DNA of 64,000 nt, from NCBI RefSeq assembly GCF_006345805.1, contig NC_043013.1, positions 6,386,001-6,450,000 of the forward strand, written 5' to 3'. How positions within the stretch are numbered: the first letter of the stretch is position 1; each line of letters begins with the position of its first letter. Shown one piece after another: positions 40,251-53,792 of the stretch. Source of the stretch: Octopus sinensis (lineage: Eukaryota). The notes below the pieces were generated by a model. The model did not search any database and was not told where the DNA came from. It saw only the letters and a program-made list of their open reading frames with translations. The position numbers were made by a program, and so were the translations under genes.

Positions 40251-41650
40251 TAATTTGCTGATGATCTCATTCTTGTAGCTGAATCTGCAGTAGAATTGGA
40301 GAAGAAATTGAAGGGGGAATTACAACCGTGTTTCGTGGTCTGCTACCACAACAGCTCCTTTATAGAATCCTGTTAGCTCAAGACATCATCAGGAGGAACC
40401 ACGTCCGGTTTCGGCTCCTACTCCTCTACCGTTTTGACATGGCAGGGCCCCCCCTTTTCAGAGGTGTCTTCAACTCTGGTGTTGGGTGCATGTCTTCTTT
40501 CTTCTATTCCCTGGCCTCTTCGATGTATCGTCAGCGAGTGTCAGCCGGTGACTGACTGTCTTGTCAAATTTCTCCCTTTAAATACCTGCCGCATAGGCTC
40601 CAGCAGGCAGCCCTAGCAAGTTGTCACGTGACACTGTCTCGCCTTAACTAACTAGTGAAGGCGCGTAGTTTTAGTCCGCACTTTTTCTAATTAAAACCTG
40701 GAATCAAAGAGCCTTGAAATTAACTTGGCAAAGGCCAAAGTTTTAGTAAGCTGATAAAAGCAGGACATCACTAATTCTATCAGGGAAATGGCCTTATTCG
40801 GCATGTAGAATAGGTGTAGGCAGGAATTCTGTATGGTGTACCCAGTGCAAATTGAAGACACACAATGGGAAGGTTATCTGAGAATGTAGACATTGTATGT
40901 GGCAGATGCACAGAAACAATAAGCGCCAAGAACACATGGGAAATAGATATTCTTAAATGCCCTAAAGGTCCCCTTAGGGTAATAATTTCTGTTATCTAGG
41001 AGACCCACTGTATTTTAACATGTATAAGGAATCCCCTGATTTTGGGGACTTAAAATTTGGAAAAAAAAGATTTTGTAAGGGTTTATAATACTATCAATGT
41101 ATAAGAAACTCCCATATTTTTTAAGCCTAATTTTTGACAAAAGAGGGTTCCCTATATTGTAATCAGCAGGGGAGAAAGATGTTTTGAAAGCATTGTGCTA
41201 GAATAAGATTAGACTGGAAAAAGTTCATAGAGTTGTTACTTCTGTTGATAGTAAAAGGTTTCTCTCTCAGAGTGAAATGTAGACTGTTTGATGCCTTTGT
41301 ATGAACTGCAGTGCTACATGTTAGTGAATGTAGCGGACCTGCAAAGACCAGAAAGAAATGAAATGAGCATACTCAACTGGAAGTATAGTGTTGGTGTGCA
41401 TGCATGAGTGAGTGACTTGAGTAGAAATGTGTTGAGAGAGCAACTGGGCATAAGAGGAATTGGATTTAGTGTGCAAGAGGGAAGACTGCATTGATATGGG
41501 CATGTAATGAGTATGGATGAAGACTCTGAATAAAAATGAGCTGATTGCTTATAGTGGATGGAAACTGTGGAAGATGCAGACCCAGGAAGACTTAAGATAA
41601 AGTGATGAAAACTGATCTCAAAATGTTGGGCCTTGTGAAAGCGATGACAT
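40251..41650 (+). pseudogene. Decayed RTE-clade LINE RT C-terminal part, interrupted by two insertions (~40309-40680, ~41005-41160)
   Basis: FADDLILVAESAVELEKK, LAKAKVLV, GVGRNSVWCTQC, NFCYLGD and RLDWKKFIELL..KGFSLRVKCRL motifs. Confidence 0.75.
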
Positions 41651-42591
41651 GAGATTATGTTAACTTATAAAATTCATTATTTGAGAAAAACCAATGCAAG
41701 AATGGCAAGCTTGATGTACTGCAAGTATAATGTGCATAAACATAATTTGGTCCCTCGACAAGTCTGCACCTGTACTCCTCTTCTCCTTCACATCTTCCCA
41801 TCACTCATCCTTTCATCATTTTTCTATCTTCTGTATTATTCTGATGATGTAAATTAGTGAAAGCAGAACCTGTAACCTACACATCATATTCATCATTGCT
41901 TGCATCATCATCATCATCATCATTTAACGTCTGTTGTCCGTGCTGGCATGGGTTGGATGGTTTGACCGGGGGATCTGGGAAGCCAGAAGGCTGCACCAGG
42001 CTCCAGTCTTATCTGGCAGTGTTTCTACAGCTGGATGCCCTTCCTAACGCCAACCACTCCGTGAGTGTAGTGGGTGCTTTATATGTGCCACCTGCACAGG
42101 TGCCAGGCGAGGCTGGCAACGGCCACGGTTGGATTGGTGCATTTTACGTGCCACCGGCACAGAAGCCAGTCGAGGTGGCACTGGCATCGGCCACGATTCG
42201 GATGGTGCTTTTTACGTGCTATCGGCACGGAAGCCAGTCGAGACAGCGCTGGCATTGGCCACGATTCTCATCATCATCATTTAACGTCTGTTGTCCGTGC
42301 TGGCATGGGTTGGACAGTTTGACTGGGCTGGCATGTTAGAAGGCTGCACTAGATTCCAGTGTGATTGGACATGGTTTCCTACAGATGGATACCCTTCCTA
42401 ATGCCAACCACTCTGAGTGTGTAATGGGTACTTTTACATGCCACCAGCATGGATGCCCAGATGCACGACACCAGTATCTGCCACATCTACAATTTTGCTT
42501 GGCTTCAGGGGTCTTCTTCTCAAGCATGACAATACCAAAGGTCTTGGTCATTGCCTCCATAAGGCTCAACACTCGAAAGGAAACAGTAAGA

Positions 42592-42637
42592 GACACCTGA
42601 TGAAGGCTGGAGGGTATATCAGCCGAAACGTTCTGTT
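42592..42637 (+). ncRNA. Candidate minimal type-I hammerhead ribozyme
   Basis: gacac-CTGATGA-a-GGCTG gagggtatat CAGCC-GAAA-CGT-T-ctgtt. 5-6-bp stem II, palindromic ACGT stem III, stem I with one mismatch at the first pair. Confidence 0.65.
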
Positions 42638-43099
42638 AACAACAAACAAAATGAGGACAAATATCTGTCAAATGTAAATAATGTACATAATTCCTCATCT
42701 CTTAAATATAGAACTGTATTTATTAAATATATGTATTTCTCTGGGAAATTGCAGAAGGCAATTTTCCAAATAATTCGATTACAGCTGCCCTGAAGAGCAA
42801 TGGCTTCTCCAGAGCAGTGGCACAAATAGAGTGGAAGAAGAATGAGTTCATCCGATCTTATGTGCTCATATAGCCACACCTGAAGAAGCTGGACATCATT
42901 TTCAAAAGTGGTGAAAAAAAAGATGACACTGCCTGTGAGAAACCTGACACAGAAAGCAGGGGCAACGTCAACGCCACAGTTAAAATGCTGAAGGAAAGAA
43001 ATGAGAAAAGTGCGAACAACCACAGTCCCAACACCTCCCAAAGCAGCAATGTTGCATACTGGAGTTGATCTAATTGACTGGACCCGTCCCCCAAATTTT

Positions 43100-43450
43100 C
43101 AGCCTTTGTGCAGAAAAGAATATTGGCTATTGATGAGATGAGATCAAACTCAGCAACAGTCCCAGATGGACTCCCGGCTGTTCTCCTAAAGACATGTGAA
43201 AAGTCTCTTGCGAAGCCACTGCAGATACTCTTTCAGAGCTTCTCTGCATGTTGTAAACTTCCCAAAATGCTAAAAGGGGGTATAATATGCCCTGTCCATA
43301 AAAGAGGGAGTAGAGTAGATGCTGAAGGCTACGGGCCCATCTTTCTGACCTTACATGTTAGCAAGACAATGGAATATATTGTCAGAAAAAGGCTGATCAC
43401 GTTCCTAGAAGAAAAGAATCTTCTCACAAACATGCAACATGGCTTCCATC
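43100..43450 (+). pseudogene. CR1-group LINE RT N-terminal fragment
   Basis: IDEMRSNSATVPDGLPAVLLKTCEKSLAKPLQILF...PVHKRGSR...YGPIFLT...MEYIV...NLLTNMQHGF. Confidence 0.85.
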
Positions 43451-43778
43451 CATCATCATCATCATCATCATCATTTAGCGTCCGTTCTCCATGCTAGCAT
43501 GGGTTGGACGGTTCAACTGGGGTCTGTGAAGCTGGAAGGCTTCATCAGGCCCAGTCAGATCTGGCAGTGTTTCTACGGCTGGATGCCCTTCCTAACGCCA
43601 ACCACTCCGTGAGTGTAGTGGGTGCTTTTTACGTGCCACCCGCACAGGTGCCAGACAGAGCTGGCAAACGGCCACGAACGGATGGTGCTTTTACGTGTCA
43701 CCGGCACGGGGGCCAGGCGAGGCTGGCAACGGACACGAACGGATGGTGCTTTTACGTGCCACCAACATGCCTATATAT

Positions 43779-43834
<56 letters not shown>

Positions 43835-44227
43835 ACTAATATAATAAATGCGAAAACTAATTTCTGTGTGTCAGTGTGTCATAATTAGACCGCACCTCTC
43901 CTGCTATTCAGTGACACCCCTACTATTCCTGATGATGGGGTGAGAGTAATAGTAGGCAAGAGACAGTGAGGGTGGTTGCGAAGACAGACAGAGAGAAAGA
44001 GAAAAAAAGAAAAAAGAGGGTGAGAAAGAGATACAAAGAAATTTAGAGTTGATGATGTTTTATTAAAAATAGTAGTGTTGATGGTGACAGTAAGAGAAAG
44101 AATGGGTATGTGAGAGAAAGAGGGAGATGATGTACAATTTCATTTAACCATGCCTCTTTGACAGAAATTCCTGTCATCAACATACTCACTATCATTTTTG
44201 TTTTGTTTTTTGCTTTCTTTAATAGTA

Positions 44228-45440
44228 CAAGGGTTGGACAAAATAATGGAAACACTTAGCATCATAGCATCATAATTTCAAAATATTTATAAAACCATCA
44301 AAAGCTTATTTACTTTTTTTTTTTATTAGTGTTGCTTAAAATGTTTTGCTAAAATTGCTATTTCTTTTCAGATATCATCAGAAAAAGGTAGTTAAAATTC
44401 ATTAAAATGACAGATCTATGGGACTTTCAAAGAGGTCAAATTGTTGGTGCTCATATGGCAGGTGCTAGCGTAACAAAAACAGTCGAAATGTTTGGTGTAT
44501 CAAGAAGTATTGTCTTGAAAGTAATGATAGCCTTTGAGAAAGAGGGAAAAGCCTCCTCGCCAAAACAAAACTCCGGAAGGCAACCAAAACTTTCAGATAG
44601 GGACCGCTGGACTCTTCCACGAATTGTTAGAAAAGATCACAAACGTACAGCTCCCAAAAATTACTGCAGAGCTTAATGACCACCTCAAGAACCCAGTTTC
44701 CACAAAAACTTCGTCAGGAGCTGCACAAAGCCGGATTTCATAGGTGGGCTGCAATCAGAAAACCACTACTTTCAAAAACAAATGTTGCAAAACATTTAGA
44801 GTGGTTTTTAGAGCAGTGGAAGAATGTTATTTTCTTGGATGAGTCACCCTTTACTTTTTTTCTGACCACTGGCTGAGTATACATGTGGAGACAGCCAAAA
44901 GAAGCATTTGACCCAAACTGCCTTCTTCCAACTCTGAAACATGGAGGAGGATCTGTGATGATGGGGGGGGGGGCTGTATCTTGGAAATCCGCCATCCCAA
45001 TGGTCTCCTTTCATGACAGAATTAATAGTTAAGACTAAGTATTTTATCAGATCAAATTCAACCTATGCTTACGTAACTGCTTTCGGATGGAAACAGAATC
45101 TTTCAGGATGATAATGCACCAATTCACACAGCTAAAGTTGTTACTGAATGGCACGAGGAACATTCTAGTGAAGTTGAACATCTTATCTGGCCACCACAGT
45201 CCCCAGATCGCAATATTATTGAATATTTATGGTGCATTTTAGAAAAACAAGGAGTCGATATCCTCCACCATCATCACTACAAGAACTGGAAACTGTTTTA
45301 ACTGAAGAATGGACAGAAGTTTCCTTGGAAACAATTCAAACATTGTATGAGTCCATACTTCATAAAATTGAAGCTGTAATTACTGCCAAAGGCAGTCCTA
45401 CCGCTTATTAAAAGAGATTTGTTTGAAATTTTAAGGTGTT
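44228..45440 (+). mobile_element. Decayed Tc1-family transposon (transposase pseudogene 44407-45410)
   Basis: TA then left TIR caagggttggacaaaataatggaaacac. HTH region, IFLDES, KHGGGSVM, FQDDNAPIH and WPPQSPDRNIIEYLW motifs with frameshifts and stops; right TIR truncated. Confidence 0.92.
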
Positions 45441-45504
45441 TTGGATTTCATGTTTTCTTATTTCATGTTGTTTGTGTTTTATGACATCCTGTACCCATAT
45501 ATGC

Positions 45505-45555
<51 letters not shown>

Positions 45556-45676
45556 TACATATGTATATATCAGTACGTATATATATGTATGTATATATGT
45601 GTCTATATATATATATATATATATTATACATATATACATATGTATATATCAGTACGTATATATATGTATGTATATA

Positions 45677-45714
<38 letters not shown>

Positions 45715-45872
45715 ATTTATATTATCATATGATTGAACGCCACACATCCATTTTCAGATAATTTTGATGCGACTCTCCTCTATACATTTCTCTCTCTCTT
45801 TTTTTCTCCTCTTGTCCCCTTTTGCTTTTTCCCTCTCATCCTTTTCCTAATTCTTTTTCCTCCCCTTCACCG

Positions 45873-45907
<35 letters not shown>

Positions 45908-46466
45908 TTCCTCCTTACTGTCTTGTTGTTCACACCTGACCATCATCCACCTTTCTTTTCCAAACGTGTTCATCTTTCTTTTCTTCCAGTCTGTTGCACA
46001 GACCAGACGTATTCTTATCTGTCTCCTCTCCTATCAAAGAATCTTCCTCCGTTCGCCACCTTACTCCGTCTGGCTTAGCAGCCCTCACTGTTTGTTTCAC
46101 TGCCCTGTTTTTGTTACCAACTTTGACCCTCCGCAAAATCCAAAATTTTATTTTGGTTTGTGGAAGCAACTGTTTTCTCGAAGGCACATATTGTCGTGCA
46201 TTGCTTGAAATGTTGAATAGATAAACAGCCGACAACTGATGAGGGGTCATTTTTTATGTTACTTGTTTTTTCTTCCATTTGTTTCTCTCGTTGTTCGCAA
46301 AGAAGAAAAAAAACAGTTTGTCTTCGTATTTTGGATTTCATGTTTTTGTATATCATGTTGTTTACATTTTGCGATGTCCTGTAGCCATATATGCATATAT
46401 ATATCTTATATAGATATATATATATATATACCACACACACATTATATATACATAATATATATATAC

Positions 46467-46531
<65 letters not shown>

Positions 46532-47268
46532 CATACATATATACATACATATATATATACATACATATATATATATATATGTATATATTAATGTATGTAT
46601 GTATGTATGTATATATATATATATATATATATACATACATATATACATACATATATATATACATACATATATATATACATATATATGTATATATATATAC
46701 ATACATATAACATATACACATACATATAAACATACATATATACATACATACCTATATACATATAAATATACATACATATATATATATATACACACACACA
46801 CACATACGACACATATTGAGGTCAGTACATTTTCAGTGAGAAAAAAAAATGCAGTATAATATTGTAAAATGTGTACAAATACTTTTGAAAAGAAATTGTT
46901 AAGTCTTGTTAAGCTGTTTTACTTAGAGAACCTATTTTTTGTTTGCATCTCACAATAGGTCGAAGATAAGTGGCACTCCTTCTGTGTGTATGCGTATGTA
47001 TGTATGTATATATATGTGTGTGTGTGTGCGTGTGTGTCAGTGTGTGTTAATGTTTGTTTTCCTGTTCAGTTATAAAAAAAAAAAAACTTTTATTTTAATC
47101 TAATGGATTATTCGATAGTTTATTTTAGATTAAAAAATGAATTATTCTAAAACAAGATTAAATGTTGACTGTGACACTGAAGTTTCGGCCAGTTAACCCA
47201 TCGTCACACTATTTACACATACTTATATATATTTATACAACATAACACAAAACACAACACAAATGCAT

Positions 47269-47311
<43 letters not shown>

Positions 47312-48201
47312 ACATACACACGTACACACACATATATATATATAATATATATAATATTATATATATATATAACATTGTCATTATCTAATGTAAGCCTTTC
47401 ATGCTGGCTTGGGTGGGATCATATATACGCACACATATATACTTGTATTATTAATAATAATAAAGGGTAAAATTAATGAATTAATTAATAATTGATAATT
47501 CTACCAAGTAGTTTCAGCTTGTTAATGGACCATTATCAGTAAACTAAAACAATAATTTTTATAATTATGAGTATAATTGTAATTATGGTTCAGCAAAAAA
47601 AATTTGCTTCACCACATACCAAAATTTAGAAATAGCAGCCCCCAAAAAACTAGCTATTATAAATATATACATATATATATATACATACATGTATGTATGT
47701 AAATATATATATATATGTATATATATATATTTTTCAAAATGTGACCTCGTGTGTATCGTTGGCGATTTTTTTTTTCCTCTGTCTTCCCTTCTCTGGATCT
47801 TTCCTTCTCCTATGTTTCTGACGAAGAGCTCCGCTTGAAACGTTAAACCCTCCTTCTTTAATTCTTTCCTGAGCGTCCAATAATACTATATTTGTTCCAC
47901 GTCCTCGCGTTGTCGTGTTTTTTTGTGCTTTCTTGTTTGGATTAACTATATATATATATATATATATATTATACATGTATGTCATATATATACACATTAT
48001 ATGCACATATATATGTATATACATACATTCTGTATATGTCTATATAAACATCTATATGTCTTTATATGTATATATATACATATGCACACACACTAGTGGT
48101 CGGGTGTTCCCGACTGAAGATGGGCACAAGTAACCTGGACCCATTGAGTCTCGTGATCCTGTTGTCAGCTGGAGGATGGTAGGGCTTTGCTCACCTGACT
48201 G

Positions 48202-48244
<43 letters not shown>

Positions 48245-48546
48245 ATATATACAGGTTGCAGATTGTACCAGTAACCCACTGGCAGAAGGTCTGTCTGGTG
48301 TTAAAATGGTAATAACATTGAACAGCCATACTGATGTGGCGATAAATATTACTTCTTGGTTTTGATTACTACTTTCATCTCATTGAGATTTTCCTAACGA
48401 GCTACTTTACTTATTTATATATATTGTTAGCATGGTGAACAAAATGCATCACAGCATTTTGTCTGTCTTTATGTTCTGAGTTCAATTTCCGCCAAGGCTG
48501 ACTTTGCCTTTCATCCTGTCAGGATCAATAAAATATATTCCATTTG

Positions 48547-48695
48547 AGCACTGGGGTCGATGTAACCAGGTAGCACTGGGGTCGACGTAATCAGGTAGCA
48601 CTGGGGTCGATGTAATCAGGTAGCACTGGGGTCGACGTAATCAGGTAGCACTGGGGTTGATGTAATCAGGTAGCACTGGGGTCGATGTAATCAGG
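48547..48695 (+). repeat. Minisatellite, 6 x 25 bp (agcactggggtcga(t/c)gtaatcaggt), SINE-B derived
   Basis: Exact 25-bp period with no unique spacers; unit matches SINE-B gcactggggtcgatgtaatc. Confidence 0.95.
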
Positions 48696-49689
48696 CGGCG
48701 AGCTGGCAGAAACGTTAGCACGCCAGGCGAAATGCATAGCCGTATTTCGTCTGCCGCTACGTTCTCAGTTCAAATTCTGCCGAGGTCGACTTTACCTTTC
48801 ATCTTTTCGGGGTCATTAAATTAAGTACCAGTTACGCACTGGGGTCAGTGTAATCGACTTAATCCGTTTGTCTGTCCTTGTTTGTCCTCTCTGTGTTTAG
48901 CCACTTGTGGGTAGTAAAGAAATAGGTAGCTAACCCCACCTCCAAATTTCATGCTTTGTGCCTATAGTAAAAAGGAAGCATTTTCATGTCTCACATGTTT
49001 GCCTTATCTCTTCTTGTTTCAAGCACTTTGCTTGAAGTGCCCAATCTAGGTTGTCTTCCCAATGCACTGTTCACTTCAAAGATAAAATAATCTTTATTTT
49101 TGTCAGGAGTTGTTTAGTGATTGTTGCACAACTTACCAAGAGCACTTATTTTCAGTCATGTAAGGCTTGCTTTATTTCCCCCCAAAATATGTCCCAGAAA
49201 AATACCCTGCTCCTTATATCCTTAACATCAGGCTTTGGGCAGGCTTGGACTCCTGGTGAACACTAATTTCAGTGCTATAATAGGCAAACTGGTCCCCTAA
49301 ATGAAGGAATTTCTTACACCTTCCTTACAAAAATGTGTCCTAAATTTCTTTAGAATGATTAGTAACTAAACATTATAAATTGCAAATATATATGTTAGTG
49401 TAGATCTATGTATATACGTGTGTTTGTGTGTGTGTGTATGTATATGTAGATGTTGTGTATACATGTGTATGTGTGTGCAGGTACATATATATACGTATAT
49501 ATGGGTGTGTGTGTATTATAATGATGATAATTTTACCTTTAACTCTTAGACAAAACAAATACCAGTTGAGTACTGGAGTTGATGTTATAGACTAGGCCCC
49601 TTCCCTGAACTAGTTGGCCTTGTGCCAGAATTTGAAACTATTATTGTTATTATTATTATTGTTGTTGTTATGTTGTTGCACAGTATCCA

Positions 49690-49950
49690 ATACTGTGATG
49701 TTGTTGATTAAAGATATTGTATCTACTGGGGGTTTTCTACAGTCTGGCAAGTCACAACGAGGACCTAAGACAGACAGTACTTTACGCAATATGCATGCAG
49801 TTCCAAGTAATACCTATTTGTGCAATACACCCAGATTGTAGGGTATTTCTAAAGTTTCCAGGTGTTTCTTCAGGTTGGGTGATACTGAACCCAATGCTCC
49901 AATGACAATAGAGACAGCCTTTATATTTGATTCTCTGAAATGGACATGAG
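49690..49950 (-). pseudogene. R4/Dong-clade non-LTR element, 3' end (restriction-like endonuclease C-terminus)
   Basis: KAVSIVIGALGSVSPNLKKHLETLEIPYNLGVLHK*VLLGTACILRKVL, followed by a TAA/CAA-rich tract. Confidence 0.8.
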
Positions 49951-50140
49951 TGAAGATTGTCATGTTCTGAAATGGACATGAGCGGAGATTGACATGCTCT
50001 GAAATGGACATGAGCGGAGATTGACATGTTCTGAAATGGACATGAGTGGAGATTGACATGTTCTGAAATGGACATGAGTGGAGATTGACATGTTCTGAAA
50101 TGGACATGAGTGGCGATTGACATGTTCTGAAATGACATGA
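49935..50140. repeat. Minisatellite, ~6 x 32 bp (ctgaaatggacatgagtggagattgacatgtt)
   Basis: 32-bp period; ORF-track peptides repeat every 32 aa (three units). Confidence 0.93.
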
Positions 50141-50650
50141 ATGGAGATAGTGGTTTGCACTACCCAAAAGATGATGACAAGGCATGGTGTCCTCCAACCT
50201 AAGGTGAACATACACAGGCTGTACGTGAAGAGAGATAAAGGTGGACTTGGCCTGTTAAGCATACAAAAATTCATTGACAATGAAAGAAGAAACTTGACTG
50301 AATATTTGGTAAACCACGAACAAGACCTGCTACAGTATGCTGCTTATGCAGAAGGACTTACCTGTAATAGAGCTGAAAATGCTAATGAAGAGAAGAAACA
50401 CTACTCCATGTGGAATTAAATGGTAAATTCCATCATGAAACTAACAGCTTAAGAGACGAGGAAGTATCATGGATGTAGCTCAACAAAAAGACCTTAAAAA
50501 GGGGACCAAAAGTCTGATCATCACTGCTCAGGACAAGGCATTGAATACCAACTTAGTGAAAAGAGATATGTACCACATAAGTGCAACGTACCTCTGTAGA
50601 ATGTGTGGGAAGCGGGTTGAAAGCATGACTCACATTGTGAAAGTCCTTTA
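50140..50650 (+). pseudogene. R4/Dong-clade fragment (post-RT region and CCHC knuckle), inverted relative to the 3' piece
   Basis: TQKMMTRHGVLQPKVNIHRLYVKRDKGGLGLLSI and KSLIITAQDKALNT...CRMCGKRVESMTHIV. Confidence 0.85.
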
Positions 50651-51598
50651 GGTATAACATAAGATGTCATAAATACACAAGGTTCATCCTTATCAGCAAG
50701 ACTGACTATTAACAACAGTTAATACTATTCAGGGCAAAGTTAGATGCATGTTTGTAGGTACTGTAGAGGATCATAACCTAAATTTTGAAGATAAAAATTA
50801 TGATTTATTTCAAACTTTACATACAGTTACATACAGGCATATATATAGGCGAGCTGGCAGAAACGCTAGCACGCCGGGCGAAATGCGTAGCTGTATTTCG
50901 TCTGCCGTTACGTTCTGAGTTCAAATTCCGCCGAGGTCGACTTTGCCTTTTACCCTTTCGGGGTTGATAAATTAAGTACCAGTTACGCACTGGGATCGAT
51001 GTAATCGACTTAATCCGTTTGTCTGTCCTTGTTTGTCCCCTCTGTGTTTAGCCCCTTGTGGGTAGTAAAGAAATATATATATAGGCACAGGTAAGGCTGT
51101 GTGGTAAGAAGCTTGCTTCCCAATCGCATTATCACATGGTTCTGGGTTCAGTCCCACTGTGTGGCATCTTGGGCAAGTGTCTTCTTCTTTAGCCTCAGAC
51201 CAGCTAAGGCTTTGCAAGTGGATTTGGTAAACAGAAACTTAAAGAAGCCCATCGTATATGTATATATATATATATATATATAATATATATATACATATAT
51301 ATATATGCGTGTGTGTTATGTATATGTCTATATGTTTGTATCTTTGTCTATATTTGTCCCCCCATCACCACTTGGCAACCATCCTTGTAACTTAGCAATT
51401 CAACTAAAATCCTTGAAGGCGGTGCTCCAGCATGGCCACAGTCAACTGACTGAAACAAGTAAAAGAATAAAAGTATGTGTGTGCGTGCCTTCATGTCTAT
51501 GTTTGTGCCTCACCAATGCTTGACTACTGGTGTTGGTGTGTTTATGTCCCTGTAACTTAGCTGTTTGGCAAAAGAGACTGATAGAATAAGTACCAGGC

Positions 51599-51748
51599 TT
51601 AAACAAAGAAAAATAACAGAGTCAATTCGTTAAACAAAGAAAAATAATGGAGTCAAATCGTTAAAGAAAAATAATGGAGTCAGTTCGTTAAACAAAGAAA
51701 AATAAGAGTCAATTCGTTAAACAAAGAAAGATGATGGAGTCAATTCTT
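51599..51748 (+). repeat. ~5 x ~30-bp degenerate tandem repeat inside a SINE-A tail
   Basis: ttaaacaaagaaaaataatggagtcaattcg units replace the normal SINE segment. Confidence 0.8.
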
Positions 51749-52579
51749 CAAGGCAGTGCTCCAGCATGGCCACAGTCTAATCACTAGAACAACTAAAAAA
51801 TAAGAGATACAAAATTCAATACACACACATATAGAGATATATAAATGCACACACATAGGTGTATTTTCATACTGGCACTCCTTTGGTTAGAATGGCAAAG
51901 GTTCCAGTTGACATGATCAAAGGAACAGCCAGCTCTTGAAATTAAAGTGAAAGTGGCTGAGTACTCCACAGACATGTGTACCCCTTAATGTAGGTCTCAG
52001 GGAGACTCAGCATGACACAGAGTGTAACAAGGCTGGCCCTTTGAAATACAAGTGCTACTCATTTTTGCTGCCAGCTGAGTGGACTGGAGCGATGTTAAAT
52101 AAAGTGTCTTGCTTAAGCACTGGAAATTGAACTCGTGATCTTGCGATCATGAGCTGAATACCGTAACCACTAGGCCACATGCCTTCACGTATTTAGATAC
52201 ATATACATACTATGTACATTGTAAAAATTTAGAAATGTCAGTTGGAAGTGAAACAATGTTTATAATGGAATCTAAGTAGATAAAGTTGAAAAATAATGCT
52301 TTCAAATTTTGACCCAAGGCCAGCAATTTTAGAGAAGCGGATAAGGCAGTCTGACTTCTAATTGTAAACACACACACACACACAAAAAAAATAATGGCAT
52401 GTATACATTTATATTCAGGCATGGTTGTGTAGTAAAAAGTTTGCTTCCCAACTTCATGGTTCCAGGTTCAATCCTATTGTATAGAATCTTGGGCAAGTGG
52501 TTTCTACTGGAGCCTTAGGCCCAAAAAGTCTTGTGAGTGGATTTGGTAGATGGAAACTGAAAGAAGCCAGTTGTATGTG

Positions 52580-52620
<41 letters not shown>

Positions 52621-52783
52621 CGCAGGAGTGGCTGTGTGGTAAGTAGCTTGCCTACCAACCACATGGTCCCAGGTTCAGTCCCACTGCGTGGCATCTTGGG
52701 CAGGTGTCTTCTGCTATAGCCTCGGGCCGACCAAAGCCTTGTGAGTGGATTTGGTAGACGGAAACTGAAAGAAGCCTGTCGTA

Positions 52784-52843
<60 letters not shown>

Positions 52844-53661
52844 TGTGTGTCTGTGTTTGTCCCTCTAGCATTGTTTGACAACCGATGCTGGTGTGTTTAC
52901 GTCCCCATCACTTAGCGGTTTGGCAAAAGAGACCGATAGAATAAGTACTGGGCTTACAAAGAATAAGTCCCGGGGTTGATTTGCTCGACTAAAGGCGGTG
53001 CTCCAGCATGGCCGCAGTCAAATGACTGAAACAAGTAAAAGAAAAAGAAAAAAAAGATATAATATATATATATAATATCATCATCATCATCATTTAGCGT
53101 CCGCTTTCCATGCTAGCATGGGTTGGACGGGTCAACTGGGGTCTGTGAAGCTGGAAGGCTTCGTCAGGCCCAGTCAGATCTGGCAGTGTTTCTACGGCTG
53201 GATGCCCTTCCTAACGCCAACCACTCTGAGAGTGTAGTAAACTGTGGTTGCAGAACAAACAAATACAGGGTCATCCACGTAACATTTCATTTAATCACAT
53301 AATGCTTTTTTTTCCACATAGAATATACATGTATAACATCACGGAAGATGAAACACAACTCATCAGTACAAGCATATAAGCAAAATACAAGAAAAATGTG
53401 TGAATATAGTTCATCTCGGTTAAAAGTTAACGATTAATTCTATAGTGATTAAGAAATATATAATATATATATAATATATATATATATATATCGTCTTTGT
53501 CATCATCACTTTGAATGTCTGTCTATCACTCACTCTCTCTCTCTCTCTCTCTCTCTCCTCTGCGCATCTACATTCCTGCAGAGACTCACATACCTATACT
53601 CACATTCACACACATGTTTATTTATATACACTTCTTTTTTCAGGAAGAATCAACTCCAACC

Positions 53662-53792
53662 ATGTCTTTATGGATCAAAACTAAGCAGCTTCCGAACCAA
53701 TATTGGGCACCGATCTCATCCTGCTACGAAGATGCAAGATTCCCATTAGAAGTGCGCGATGTTATGTCTGATTGGCTCGAGTGTCAAGATTG
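53662..53792 (+). CDS. STAT: STAT-family transcription factor (STAT5-like), coding exon 1: N-terminal domain start, MSLWIKTKQLPNQYWAPISSCYEDARFPLEVRDVMSDWLECQD(W)
   Basis: Acceptor ttctttttcag ends at 53643, ATG at 53662, donor GTAATG at 53793 (phase 2). Matches the STAT5 start MAGWIQAQQL...FPIEVRHYLAQWIESQPW, including FPxEVR and both Trp residues. Confidence 0.93.

Noticed and set aside
44407-45411. Intact Tc1 transposase
   Set aside because: Several frameshifts and stops, and the right TIR is truncated.
48547-50140. 25-bp and 32-bp periodic arrays as CRISPR
   Set aside because: No unique spacers, units derive from SINE/LINE sequence, eukaryotic context, no cas genes.
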